Notes: a model not told the origin generated them from the letters alone. 63,134 nt of DNA, filler included, from Actinomycetota bacterium (GCA_046725875.1; 5 parts of 5 records of this genome joined end to end with filler, not necessarily neighbours in it), one strand, 5' to 3'. Numbered from the whole stretch's first letter, positions 49,548 through 59,286 are shown. Numbers and translations: made by a program.

Positions 49548-50468
49548 ATGTCCGGAGACGTGCAGTCGCAGGCTCACAGTCTTCGTGCGCTGCTTCGATG
49601 TGGCCCGATTTCGACCGATGACGCGATGGCTATCGCGTGCCAGCTCGCGAACCAGCTTCGTGCGACTCATGCATCTGGAGCTACGAACGGGCGCGTCTGC
49701 CCGGAGAGCATTGTGGTTTCCCGGGTTGGTGGGGGAGCTGTGGCGCGGCTGGCGCGGACTGCCAGCCCCGACTCATCCAGCCTCCGACGTGTGCGGAGCT
49801 CACAAGCAGCAGTCGTATGCGACCCCGCGCTCGACCCGTCACGCCAGCTGGCCTATATCGCTCCGGAGGTCGCGCCGGGCGGTGACCCAACACCGGCGGC
49901 GGACGTCTATTCGCTCGGCACAGTCCTCTACGAGGCGCTCACCGGACGAACCACAGAGAAGGCACCGGGGAGGCCCGGCCGACGTCTCGGCTCACCGGAC
50001 GAGCCCTGTGTGGCCGAGCGACCCGGGGATCAGGTAGTTGGCTCAGCGCGAGATCGTCACAGCGAGCGGGTGATTCCGCAGATCCCGCCGGCGCTGTGGC
50101 GGACCGTTGCAGCCTGTCTAAGGCGCGAGCCGGCCGCCAGGCCGACCGCGGAGGCGCTCGCCGACGCGTTCGCAGGGAGCCACTCGCGACATGCCGCCGA
50201 GCACTCGACGCAGCTTGGCATGAGGTCTCCGGAGTCTGCGTCAGCAGAGCCACCGACTCCTCCCGTCCCGAGTAGTCGTCCTTGCTTCGGCGTCCGCGCC
50301 GCGGTCGCGGCGACCCTTGCGGCAGGCATCTTTCTTGGCGCCGGGGGCGCGGCCGCTACGAAGAACTCCATCGCGAGTTTCGCGAAAACGCCCACAATCG
50401 ATAGCACCCTGATCCAGAATGGGCGATCGCAAGATCGTCACAGCATGCAAGCGGAGATGTACAGGTAG
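49548..50468 (+). CDS. Degenerate Ser/Thr kinase (pseudokinase or decaying gene) with C-terminal TM
   Basis: Keeps YIAPE, ADVYSLG.VLYE.LTG and CL...P..RP. Lacks the N-lobe, HRD and DFG. Confidence 0.6.
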   Translation: MSGDVQSQAHSLRALLRCGPISTDDAMAIACQLANQLRATHASGATNGRVCPESIVVSRVGGGAVARLARTASPDSSSLRRVRSSQAAVVCDPALDPSRQLAYIAPEVAPGGDPTPAADVYSLGTVLYEALTGRTTEKAPGRPGRRLGSPDEPCVAERPGDQVVGSARDRHSERVIPQIPPALWRTVAACLRREPAARPTAEALADAFAGSHSRHAAEHSTQLGMRSPESASAEPPTPPVPSSRPCFGVRAAVAATLAAGIFLGAGGAAATKNSIASFAKTPTIDSTLIQNGRSQDRHSMQAEMYR

Positions 50469-50557
50469 TCGTAGAAGAACGAGTGCAGACGGGCGAGCGG
50501 GCCGGCAGCCAGGCAGCTGCCAGGGGTGCCTCGAGCGACAGAGCGTGAGGAGCCACC

Positions 50558-51393
50558 ATGACTGCGGAAGCGGTCGTTGAGGACGAGGTCCGCGAGCTTG
50601 TCCGCCGCCGTAGCCTCGACCCGGTAGCCGATCCAGTCGCGGTGCGCCGGTTGGTCGAGGAAGTCGTCGCCGACTATGACGAGCGCAGCCTCAGCGGCGG
50701 GCTCCCCACGCTGGCCGACCGTGGCGAAGCGATCCGCATGGTCATGGATGCTGTAGCCGGGTTCGGACCGCTCCAGCGCTTCCTCGACGATCCCGCCGTG
50801 GAGGAAATCTGGATCAACGAGCCTGGCCGTGTCTTCGTCGCTAGGAATGGTCGCAGCGAGCTGACCACCACCATCTTGACCATCGAGGCAGTCCGTGACT
50901 TGGTCGAGCGGATGTTGAAGACCTCGGGACGAAGGGTGGACCTGAGCACGCCGTTCGTCGACGCCAGCTTGCCGGATGGCAGCCGCCTTCATGTCGTGAT
51001 CCCTGACATCACTCGGCAGCACCTTGCGGTAAACATCCGGAAGTTTGTGGTCCGTGCCGTACACCTCGACGAACTGGTCGGCCTTGGCACGTTGACCAGC
51101 GCTGTCGCACATTTCCTCGAGGCGGCCGTCGTAAGCGGACTCAACATCCTCGTCGCCGGCGGCACTCAAGCGGGCAAGACGACGCTCCTGAATTGTCTTG
51201 CCGCCGCGATTCCAGCAGTGGAGCGAGTGATCACCGCCGAGGAAGTCTTCGAGCTCCGCCTTCCCCTTCCTGACGTCGTAGCGATGCAGACCAGGCAACC
51301 GAGCCTCGAAGGAACCGGCGAGGTGCGGCTGCGCCGGCTGGTGAAGGAGGCACTGCGGATGCGCCCGTCCCGGATCATCGTGGGCGAGGTGCG
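50558..51393 (+). CDS. TadA/CpaF pilus assembly ATPase (3' truncated)
   Basis: G.GPLQ.FLDDP.VEEI, GGTQAGKT, AEEVFEL, ALRMRP.RIIVGEV. Confidence 0.9.
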
Positions 51394-51493
51394 NNNNNNN
51401 NNNNNNNNNNNNNNNNNNNNNNNNNNNNNNNNNNNNNTTAATTAATTAANNNNNNNNNNNNNNNNNNNNNNNNNNNNNNNNNNNNNNNNNNNN
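51394..51493. other. Artificial contig linker
   Basis: N-run + TTAATTAATTAA + N-run. Confidence 0.98.
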
Positions 51494-51647
51494 CGCGTTG
51501 TATCTATCCGACCGTGGATCCATGTGTGGCTCTTCGCTGGCTTGTGGGGGTGGGGCGCGAGGGGCCCCCATTACGGGGCGTCGGTCGCCCCGCACGGCCG
51601 CGAGTACGCCCGCCTCGATTGCCCCGTCTGTACCGGCTTGGTCCTGC

Positions 51648-54281
51648 TCAACGGCGGTCTGCCGGGTCGGATAACAGGAGCCCGGATTGGTTCGCAGCGG
51701 CAATGGCGGTCCGACGGTTATGGACGCCGAGCTTCCGATAGATCGCTCTCAGGTGCGTCTTTACAGTGTTGACAGACAGATAGAGTTCGGCGGCGATCTC
51801 CTCGTTGGTCATGTGCGACGGGAGGAAGCGGAGGACCGCCTGCTCGCTTTGGGTTAGTTCGCCAACAGACGGCCCGAGTGCCGGCGCGACGATCGCCCGT
51901 TCGAAACGCTGAAGCAGTTCGGCGCGGAATCCTGCGAATCGGCTCTCGACCGGAAGTCCCACCGTGAGCAGGACCCGTACACCCTTGCCACCCTCGACGA
52001 ATACCTGACGCAGCCCCTCGGGCTCGGCGAGCGCGAGGGCGGCCTCCAGCTCCCGGGACGCCCGATCACGGTCGCCGAGCCTCCGGTATGACACGGCGCT
52101 TACGAGGTGTGCAGTAACTACGTCACGCAGCCGAAGCCGATGCTCGTCCGCGAGGCATCTCTGCACGATCTGGAGCGCGCTCGCGACGTCTCGATCAACA
52201 TCCCGCCAGGCCCTCGCAAGTGAATGTGACGTGATCCAAACGGGGGTTTGCGCTCCCTCCGGGCCGCGCTCCGGGGGTGCCATCTCCGCGGGCACGGTTG
52301 GCTGGCGGGCGAGCTGGAGGACCGCATGGTGGGCAGCCGGCGGCTCAACGCTGACGTCCGAGTCATCGGGCAGATCCGCGACTCGGACGCCGGCGTCGAC
52401 GACCCCGCTATATGGCCCAGCTGCCTCCCGCATTCGGGTGTACGCCGTGCCGGCGCCCGTCAGGTCTCCGCTTGCCTGGCAGACCGCAAGGGTCAGCGAC
52501 TGGGTCACGAACGCAGCCGTCGGCTCGCCGAAGAGCGGCTCATCGGGCCACAGGGGCTCGGTCGCCAAGGCCTCGCCGGCGGCCAGCGGGTCGCCCCGCT
52601 CGAGAAGGACACGTGCGCGGGCGATCTGTGCGAGGCCTCTCCCGGGGCTGCTCTCGCCGACCCGCTCGGCCTGCTCCATCGCGGCCGCCAGCTGACCTTC
52701 GACCGCGTCCGCGAGTGCCAGCCACCCACGGGCACGCTCGTGGAGATGCGCCGGTCCCACTCGGCCGAAGTCCCGCTCGGCAAGTCGGAGCGCCCACCGC
52801 GCGAGGTGAAGCTCGTCGCGCACGAGATGGCAGACTCCAAGGAGCAGGGTGAGCCAGCCATGTGCCCGGTCTATCGCCTGGCCACTGGGCAAGTCGGCGG
52901 GAAGCTCGGCCGACCGCCATGCCGCGTCGAGGTCGGCCAGATTCATGGTGCCCGTCTGGATCGCTAGCGCGAGGCGGAGGGCGGCGAACTTGATCCGCAG
53001 CGGATCGGTCCGCCTCCGGTGGCCGACCGCCGATCGCAGACCATGATCGAGCGCCTCCTCTGCATCTGCCAGATCCCCATGGCGAAGCCGAGCGGCGGCG
53101 GCGGCCGCGGCGATCGCTGGGCACGCGGCGTACTCCGAGACCGGCAGCTCCAGCAGGGCCTGCACGACCTGCGCTCCGCGCTCGCCGGTCAGCAGGCCGA
53201 TATCCTCATTGTCGAGCACTTGACTGAGATAGGTATGGTCGTCAGCGGCAAGGGCGCACTCGAACGCGTTCATCGGGCGGCCGTGTCGCGTGTGCCACCG
53301 ACCGACCGTGGTGACCAGGTCGGAGACCTCGCCCGGTGCGTAACACTCGAGCTCGGCCCGCAGGACGGCCCTGACCATTGGGTGATAGCGGTAGCTTGCG
53401 CGCCCAGCCGTCTCCTCGTGCTTGATGAAGCCCTGCTCACGGCTGACCAGCTCGAGCAGGTGCGCGCTATCGGCCGTGCCGGCCAGCTCGTCGGCCAGGT
53501 CGGCGGTGAACGTATCAACGACAGACGTACGCCTGAGGAAATTGCGGACCGCCGGAGCGAAATCGTCGAGGAACTCCTCGCGGATATAGTCCCGCACGAC
53601 CTCGCCGCCAATGAGCTCCAGCCGCAAACCGGCGATCCAGCCCTCGGTCCGCTGCATCAGGGCCTCGAGCTCGTCGTCGGTGACTCGTACCCCGCCCAAT
53701 CGCTGAAGCTCACGAGCCTCGCCTGGCGAGCAGGCGAGCTCGTCGGCAGTAATGATCTCTAGTTCGCCGGCCAACCGGAGTCGCGCGGCCTGCAGGTTTG
53801 GCATCCGCCGGCCGACCAGAACGAGGTGGAGACCAGGCGGTGCATGACGGAGCACGAACTCGACGTCGGTCATCACCGGTGAGTCGACGACCTCGTGCAT
53901 GTCGTCGAGTACAAGCGTGAAAGGTCCCGCTGCGGCCGCAAGCTCGGTGAGGAACGAGGTGAGAAACGGCTCGTAGGCTGCATCGTCGAGACCGGCCGGA
54001 AGGTCGGGCCCGAACCCACCAAGTGCATCGCGCACGCATTCCCAGAACCGCCCTCTGTCCGCGTCGCCGCGGTCGAGCGTGAGCCACGCCACCTTGCCGG
54101 GACCCCGCCCCTCGTTGATCCAGGATGCGCACGCGGTGGTCTTTCCAAATCCGGCCGGTGCCGCCACGACGATTGCCCGGCGCCGCCCCGCATCGTCGAG
54201 ACGATCCCAAAGGCGAACGCGTCGAAGTTGGTCCGGCTTCATGTGCGGAACCCGAAGTTTGTCGAGCAGCGCCGCCATCAC
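51648..54281 (-). CDS. MalT-like STAND ATPase / LuxR transcription regulator
   Basis: APAGFGKT, AWLTLD, LVLDD, TEGW, YRYH; C-terminal LuxR HTH LYLSVNTVKTH. Confidence 0.9.
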   Translation of the reverse strand: MMAALLDKLRVPHMKPDQLRRVRLWDRLDDAGRRRAIVVAAPAGFGKTTACASWINEGRGPGKVAWLTLDRGDADRGRFWECVRDALGGFGPDLPAGLDDAAYEPFLTSFLTELAAAAGPFTLVLDDMHEVVDSPVMTDVEFVLRHAPPGLHLVLVGRRMPNLQAARLRLAGELEIITADELACSPGEARELQRLGGVRVTDDELEALMQRTEGWIAGLRLELIGGEVVRDYIREEFLDDFAPAVRNFLRRTSVVDTFTADLADELAGTADSAHLLELVSREQGFIKHEETAGRASYRYHPMVRAVLRAELECYAPGEVSDLVTTVGRWHTRHGRPMNAFECALAADDHTYLSQVLDNEDIGLLTGERGAQVVQALLELPVSEYAACPAIAAAAAAARLRHGDLADAEEALDHGLRSAVGHRRRTDPLRIKFAALRLALAIQTGTMNLADLDAAWRSAELPADLPSGQAIDRAHGWLTLLLGVCHLVRDELHLARWALRLAERDFGRVGPAHLHERARGWLALADAVEGQLAAAMEQAERVGESSPGRGLAQIARARVLLERGDPLAAGEALATEPLWPDEPLFGEPTAAFVTQSLTLAVCQASGDLTGAGTAYTRMREAAGPYSGVVDAGVRVADLPDDSDVSVEPPAAHHAVLQLARQPTVPAEMAPPERGPEGAQTPVWITSHSLARAWRDVDRDVASALQIVQRCLADEHRLRLRDVVTAHLVSAVSYRRLGDRDRASRELEAALALAEPEGLRQVFVEGGKGVRVLLTVGLPVESRFAGFRAELLQRFERAIVAPALGPSVGELTQSEQAVLRFLPSHMTNEEIAAELYLSVNTVKTHLRAIYRKLGVHNRRTAIAAANQSGLLLSDPADRR

Positions 54282-54617
54282 CCTCCCCTACGGCTCGGCA
54301 CAAATCGCGGAACTGCGCATAACGCTGAGGCGCGTAAGCACCGTAAGCCGCGCAAGCACCATACGCTCGCCAGATGCTGCGTCGTGTGGTTCCTTCCCTA
54401 TTCACTCGAACGACGTAATCCGGGGGAAGTCAACCCGAACGGCGTAGTTTGAAGCCCACTTCAGCTATCCAGAATCGTGTTACCCCGAAGATCGGGACCG
54501 CGAAACGCCGGCCGCTGCGTTGTTCTGCGGAGACGGTCCATGTCCAGCCAGGCTCGCCCCTTGGCGTCAATCACCGTGACGACCTGGTGATGGCTCGTTC
54601 TGGCCCGGGCGGCGACG

Positions 54618-57524
54618 TCAGCCAGTGGCCATGCCTACGAAACGGCTGTAGTGGCCTTGGAAAGCGACCGTGACCGTTGCGGTCGGACCGTTCCGATGCT
54701 TCGCCACGATCAGGTCCGCCTCCCCCGCCCGCGGCGACTCGCGCTCGTAGGCATCTTCTCGGTGCAGAAGGATTACCAGATCACTATCCTGCTCTATTGA
54801 TCCGCTTTCACGAAGATCGGCCAATTGAGGCCGTTTGTCCGACCTCTGCTCGGGACCTCTGTTGAGCTGCGACAACGCGACCACTGGCACGTCCAGCTCC
54901 TTAGCAAGGAGCTTCAATGAACGAGAGAACTCGGAAACCTCCTGCTGGCGGCTCTCGACACGTCTAGGACTGGTCATGAGCTGCAAATAGTCGACGATCA
55001 CAAGGCGTAGGTCGTGTCGCTGCTTCAGGCGTCGGCACTTGGCGCGAATTTCCATCATCGACATATTCGGCGAGTCGTCGATGAACAGCGGAGCACTGGA
55101 AACCTCTCCCATACGCCGGGCAAGGCGGGTCCAGTCCTGATCCGTCATTGTTCCCGAGCGCATGGAATGCAATGGAACCCGTGACTCGGCGGATAGGAGA
55201 CGCATCGTGATCTCGTTGCGGCTCATCTCCAGTGAGAAAATGCAGCTTGCCTGACCATGCTTGATCGACGCCGACCTAGCGAGATCCAGTGCCAGGGTCG
55301 AGTTGTGTGTAGGGATCATTCCTCGACCCGCGAGGTAGAAATGTTTGGTGTTGTCAACCTGGACGCAGCGGACTGGGACGCTGGGCATGGGGACGGCGGC
55401 CGCGATGTATCGCTTCGTCGCTGTCGAGTCTCGCTTTTGCCACCGCCTCTTCCCCTGCAGGACCCTCTTCCTCTCCAGCCGGAAGACTTCCTCCATCGGC
55501 GCAAAGGAAAGGGTGAATGCAGTTGACGATGCCTCCGAACGACCCTTCACATGCTTTCGGCGAACCCTGCAGCGGTAGCCGAGACTCACGATGAGCTCAT
55601 ACATGTCCGGAGCGAGTCGCTCGGAGGTGGTGGTGAACTCCACGGTCCCACTGCTCCGAACCACCGTCCCATCGGTATCGAGCAAGCCTGCGAGCAACTC
55701 TCGGCGCTGCGTTTCAGAGGCGCGCATGTAGATGGGCGGGACGTGCTTGTAGCGGAGGACGCCAAGCTTTCGAAGGAGTGCACGGACTGTTCCATGATCC
55801 TCGCGGCATGCGGCACACGGCCCAAACCCGAAGGTCGACGGAGCACCGCAGTCGGGGCAAGACGGCGGCGGAACAGGTCCCGACATGAATCGCGCGCGGC
55901 CGCCACATGAGCGGCCACATGTCCTGACCTGCGATGTCCGCGGAGTGAATTGCTTCCCACATACAACGCATTGCCGCGCTGGCGGTTGCGGCGGCTGGGG
56001 GAGGCTTAGGCGGTACAAGTATCGGCCGCTGCTCTTTCTAACGCGAATGCCAAAGCTCTCGATATTCTGGACGATCTCTGGATCGGCAGTCGTCAAGCGC
56101 GAATCCGTTGAGTGGCCGTCGCCCAGCCATGCTCCAAGCACGTATGGCGGGAGCGGAAGTTCCGCCGCTGGCAGCTCGAGAGCGGCGGCGTTCCTAACGG
56201 CGTGGTTGAGCCGACGTTTGGACGGAACCTCGTGGAAGAGAGTCTGGGCGATCTGCTCAGTAGTGATTGGCGCGCTGTGGTCGTGGATATTGGTCGCTCC
56301 CATCGGCCGCCGAGCTCGATCAAGGAGAACCTTGAGTAGCTGCTGGCGTGAGTACACCGATACTGGAGTGTCGTACTCTTTGATGTCCCCGCGCTTGTTG
56401 GCGCGGCGGCGCCTCATTCGAGGCTCCCGACCCACGGCGGGCACGCGCTTGATTGCATAGCTGCGCAAGACCGCTTTGAAGCAATCTCCTACCTCGGCGA
56501 GCAAATCCGTCGTCGACACGAGTCGGTCGGGCTCAGAAAGCGCAGCAGAGGCCACCCGCTGCAGCTGAGCGAGTTGCTCATTTGACCAGTAGTAGCCTGT
56601 CGTACGCGGCTCACTCTGCCGTCTGCTTGCTCGGGTTGTCGTCTTCCAAAGGTGCAGCGCATCCGCAACGATCCGCTCACCATCTGAGAACTCAACCCGA
56701 TAGCACGGCCGACCAAACATCACTTCAGAGACCGCCACCACGGCGGTCGGGCGACCATCGGCCCCAAGGAGCTGATCGCCTACCTTGACCTCACCCATTG
56801 TGGTCCAACCGGTCGGGGTCGGCAGTGGCGTGTCGAGAGCGAGGGCCTTCCCGATGGCTGGTCGGGCCGCGACGACCACGAGTTGGCCGGGGTGGAGGCC
56901 GTTGGTGAGCTGGTCGAGGTCGGCGAAGCCCGTCGGAACGCCGGTGAGCTGACCGCCACGCGAGTTGATCGCGTCGATCTCGTCGAGCGTGCCCTCCATG
57001 ATCTCGGCCAGCAGCAAGTAATCCTCGCTGGTCCGGCGCTCGGTTACCGCGTACACCTCCGCCTGTGCCTGGTCGACGACGTCGTCAGCAGCGCCATTGG
57101 AGTAGGCCAGCTGGACGATCCGAGTACCGGCCTCGACCAACCGGCGGAGGACGGCTCGCTCCCGGACGATCTTCGCGTAGTAGCCGGCGTTGGCGGCGGT
57201 CGGCACCGAGGAGATCAACGTGTGCAGGTAGGGAGCGCCGCCGATCCGGCTGATCTCCGCGCGTTTGGTCAGCTCTGCGGACACAGTCACGGCGTCGGCC
57301 GGCTCGCCACGCCCGTACAAATCGATGATCGCGTCGTAGACCATCTGGTGGGCGGGCTTGTAGAAGTCGTGCCCACGCAGCACCTCGACCACGTCGGCGA
57401 TGGCGTCCTTCGAAAGCAGCATGCCGCCCAGCACGCACTGCTCGGCCGCAACATCCTGGGGTGGCGTCCGCTCGAATTCTGGCGGCACCGCCGACGGCAG
57501 CTCGACCACACTCACCGGTGACAC
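54618..57524 (-). CDS. dnaB: Replicative DNA helicase DnaB, intein-containing (453 aa after splicing)
   Basis: PPQD..AEQ, GVPTGF, AARPAIGK|S, FSLEM, IVDYLQL, LSQLNR, DLRESGSIEQD, KHRNG. Confidence 0.97.
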   Translation of the reverse strand: MSPVSVVELPSAVPPEFERTPPQDVAAEQCVLGGMLLSKDAIADVVEVLRGHDFYKPAHQMVYDAIIDLYGRGEPADAVTVSAELTKRAEISRIGGAPYLHTLISSVPTAANAGYYAKIVRERAVLRRLVEAGTRIVQLAYSNGAADDVVDQAQAEVYAVTERRTSEDYLLLAEIMEGTLDEIDAINSRGGQLTGVPTGFADLDQLTNGLHPGQLVVVAARPAIGKALALDTPLPTPTGWTTMGEVKVGDQLLGADGRPTAVVAVSEVMFGRPCYRVEFSDGERIVADALHLWKTTTRASRRQSEPRTTGYYWSNEQLAQLQRVASAALSEPDRLVSTTDLLAEVGDCFKAVLRSYAIKRVPAVGREPRMRRRRANKRGDIKEYDTPVSVYSRQQLLKVLLDRARRPMGATNIHDHSAPITTEQIAQTLFHEVPSKRRLNHAVRNAAALELPAAELPLPPYVLGAWLGDGHSTDSRLTTADPEIVQNIESFGIRVRKSSGRYLYRLSLPQPPQPPARQCVVCGKQFTPRTSQVRTCGRSCGGRARFMSGPVPPPSCPDCGAPSTFGFGPCAACREDHGTVRALLRKLGVLRYKHVPPIYMRASETQRRELLAGLLDTDGTVVRSSGTVEFTTTSERLAPDMYELIVSLGYRCRVRRKHVKGRSEASSTAFTLSFAPMEEVFRLERKRVLQGKRRWQKRDSTATKRYIAAAVPMPSVPVRCVQVDNTKHFYLAGRGMIPTHNSTLALDLARSASIKHGQASCIFSLEMSRNEITMRLLSAESRVPLHSMRSGTMTDQDWTRLARRMGEVSSAPLFIDDSPNMSMMEIRAKCRRLKQRHDLRLVIVDYLQLMTSPRRVESRQQEVSEFSRSLKLLAKELDVPVVALSQLNRGPEQRSDKRPQLADLRESGSIEQDSDLVILLHREDAYERESPRAGEADLIVAKHRNGPTATVTVAFQGHYSRFVGMATG
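55302..56846 (-). mobile_element. Class 3 intein (515 aa) with LAGLIDADG homing endonuclease in the DnaB P-loop
   Basis: Begins ALALDTP directly after GK. Block B HLW, block F VRCVQV, ends THN|S. LAGLIDADG motifs LGAWLGDG and LAGLLDTDG. Confidence 0.93.
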
Positions 57525-57669
57525 CCCCGTACGTCCGCAAGCCGATCACTGCGCACATTGCTACCGGACCCCACCGACAATTTTCGATTCAGTGTTCGAA
57601 TATCGGTGGTCGCCACGCCGCACGGCCGCAGCCGAAGGTACCCGCCCGGCGCCCGATCCGGGAAGCTCA

Positions 57670-57813
57670 ACATCCACAGCAGGTTGTGGAACCGCTGTGG
57701 AGATAAGGCCGGTAGCCTGTGCCTTCGCTGGGGAGGCCACTGTGGATATCCGGTCTGGGAGGTTAGCGGAGGCAGCATGACCTGAGGGCACGCCCCGCAC
57801 AGCATGTGGACCG
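57670..57813. promoter_or_regulatory. Cluster of DnaA-box-like motifs upstream of dnaB
   Basis: TCCACA/TGTGGA cores in 9-mers at 57670, 57685, 57696, 57741, 57805. Confidence 0.55.
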
Positions 57814-57888
57814 GAAAAAGTCCGGGCGGAATGCGCTGGATAGCGTTGCCATCGTGTCCGTAATAGCCGCCAAGCCCGATCGCTCCTG

Positions 57889-59226
57889 ATGCAGCGGCTC
57901 CAAACGGCACTGCCTCGGTGGCGCCATCCGCACGACCGGGAGATCGTCCGGCTCGCGGTGCCGGCGTTCTTCGCGCTCATCGCCGAGCCGTTCTTCCTGC
58001 TCGCGGACGCGGCCATCGTCGGACACCTCGGTACTCCCCAGCTCGCCGGGCTCGGCATCGCGAGCACGGTCTTGACCACGCTGATCAACCTATGCATCTT
58101 CCTCGCGTACGGAACCACCGCGGCCGTGGCCCGCCGCCTCGGCGCCGGCGATCATGGCGCGGCGCTGCGGCAAGGAATCGACGGCATCTGGCTGGCCGTA
58201 ATTATTGGCGCCGCGATCACGGTCGCCGGACTTCCGCTCGCCGACGCCGTCATCGGCTGGTTCGAGCCGGCGGCAGAGGTCGCCGACCACGCGACCACCT
58301 ACCTCCGGATCAGCTTGCTCGGGGTCCCGGCGATGCTTGTCGTACTGGCGGCCACCGGCGTCCTCCGCGGCCTTCAGGACACAAAGACGCCGTTGCTGGT
58401 TTCGGTCGCCGCCAACCTCGCCAACATCGGGCTCAACGTGCTCCTCGTGTACGGCGTGGGGCTCGGCATCGCTGGTTCTGCGCTCGGCACGGTAATCGCC
58501 CAGCTCGCCGCGGCGGCCGTCATCACGGGAGTGGTCGTGCAGGGTGCACGGCGGGATGCTGTCCCGCTACGCCCCGACTGGACGGGCATCCGGTCGTCGG
58601 CGGGCGCCGCCGCACCGCTCCTGCTGAGGACCGTCAGCCTCCGGGTGGTGCTCACTCTCGCCACCGTCGTGGCCACCCGAATTGGCACCGTGGCCGTCGC
58701 CGCCCACCAGGTCATATTCGGAATCTGGACGTTCCTGGCCTTCGCGCTGGATGCGATCGCGATTGCCGCCCAGGCGATTGTCGGCCGCTACCTTGGTGGA
58801 TCCGACATCGTCGCCACCAGGGCGGCCACCCGGCGGATGATCGAATGGGGTGTTCTCGCCGGCGTGGTCACCGGACTCGCCACCCTTGCCGTCCGACCTT
58901 GGCTGATCCCGCTCTTCACCACGGATTCTGCAGTTCGGTCCGCGCTCGAATCAGTGATCCTCATCGCCGCGCTCTTCCAACCCGTCGCCGGCGTGGTTTT
59001 CGTACTCGACGGCGTCCTCATCGGTGCCGGAGACGCCCGCTACCTGGCCCTAGCGGGCGTCGGGACGATGGCCGCCTACGTCCCCTGCGCACTCGCCGTA
59101 CTCGCGTTCGACCTTGGTCTCGCCGGCTTGTGGTGGGCGATCGGCGTGTTCATGCTCGCGCGGCTGGCCTTCCTGACGACCCGCGCCTACGGCACTCGCT
59201 GGCTCGTTACCGGCGCCACCCGCTGA
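57889..59226 (+). CDS. MATE-family efflux transporter (DinF-like)
   Basis: LAVPAF.AL.AEP...L.D, FLAYGTT, RGLQDTKTP, AAHQ; about 12 TM helices. Confidence 0.93.
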   Translation: MQRLQTALPRWRHPHDREIVRLAVPAFFALIAEPFFLLADAAIVGHLGTPQLAGLGIASTVLTTLINLCIFLAYGTTAAVARRLGAGDHGAALRQGIDGIWLAVIIGAAITVAGLPLADAVIGWFEPAAEVADHATTYLRISLLGVPAMLVVLAATGVLRGLQDTKTPLLVSVAANLANIGLNVLLVYGVGLGIAGSALGTVIAQLAAAAVITGVVVQGARRDAVPLRPDWTGIRSSAGAAAPLLLRTVSLRVVLTLATVVATRIGTVAVAAHQVIFGIWTFLAFALDAIAIAAQAIVGRYLGGSDIVATRAATRRMIEWGVLAGVVTGLATLAVRPWLIPLFTTDSAVRSALESVILIAALFQPVAGVVFVLDGVLIGAGDARYLALAGVGTMAAYVPCALAVLAFDLGLAGLWWAIGVFMLARLAFLTTRAYGTRWLVTGATR

Positions 59227-59251
59227 CCCGGCTGGCAGTTCGAACGATGCA

Positions 59252-59286
59252 GGCCTCTTGCTCCAATGGGATTGGAGCAAGAGGCC
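59252..59286. terminator. Hairpin between convergent MATE and rplI genes
   Basis: Perfect 16-bp stem GGCCTCTTGCTCCAAT-GGG-ATTGGAGCAAGAGGCC. Confidence 0.7.

Noticed and set aside
54332..54360. Three short imperfect repeats (GTAAGCACC-like) upstream of the MalT-like gene
   Set aside because: Too short and degenerate to call an operator without comparative data.
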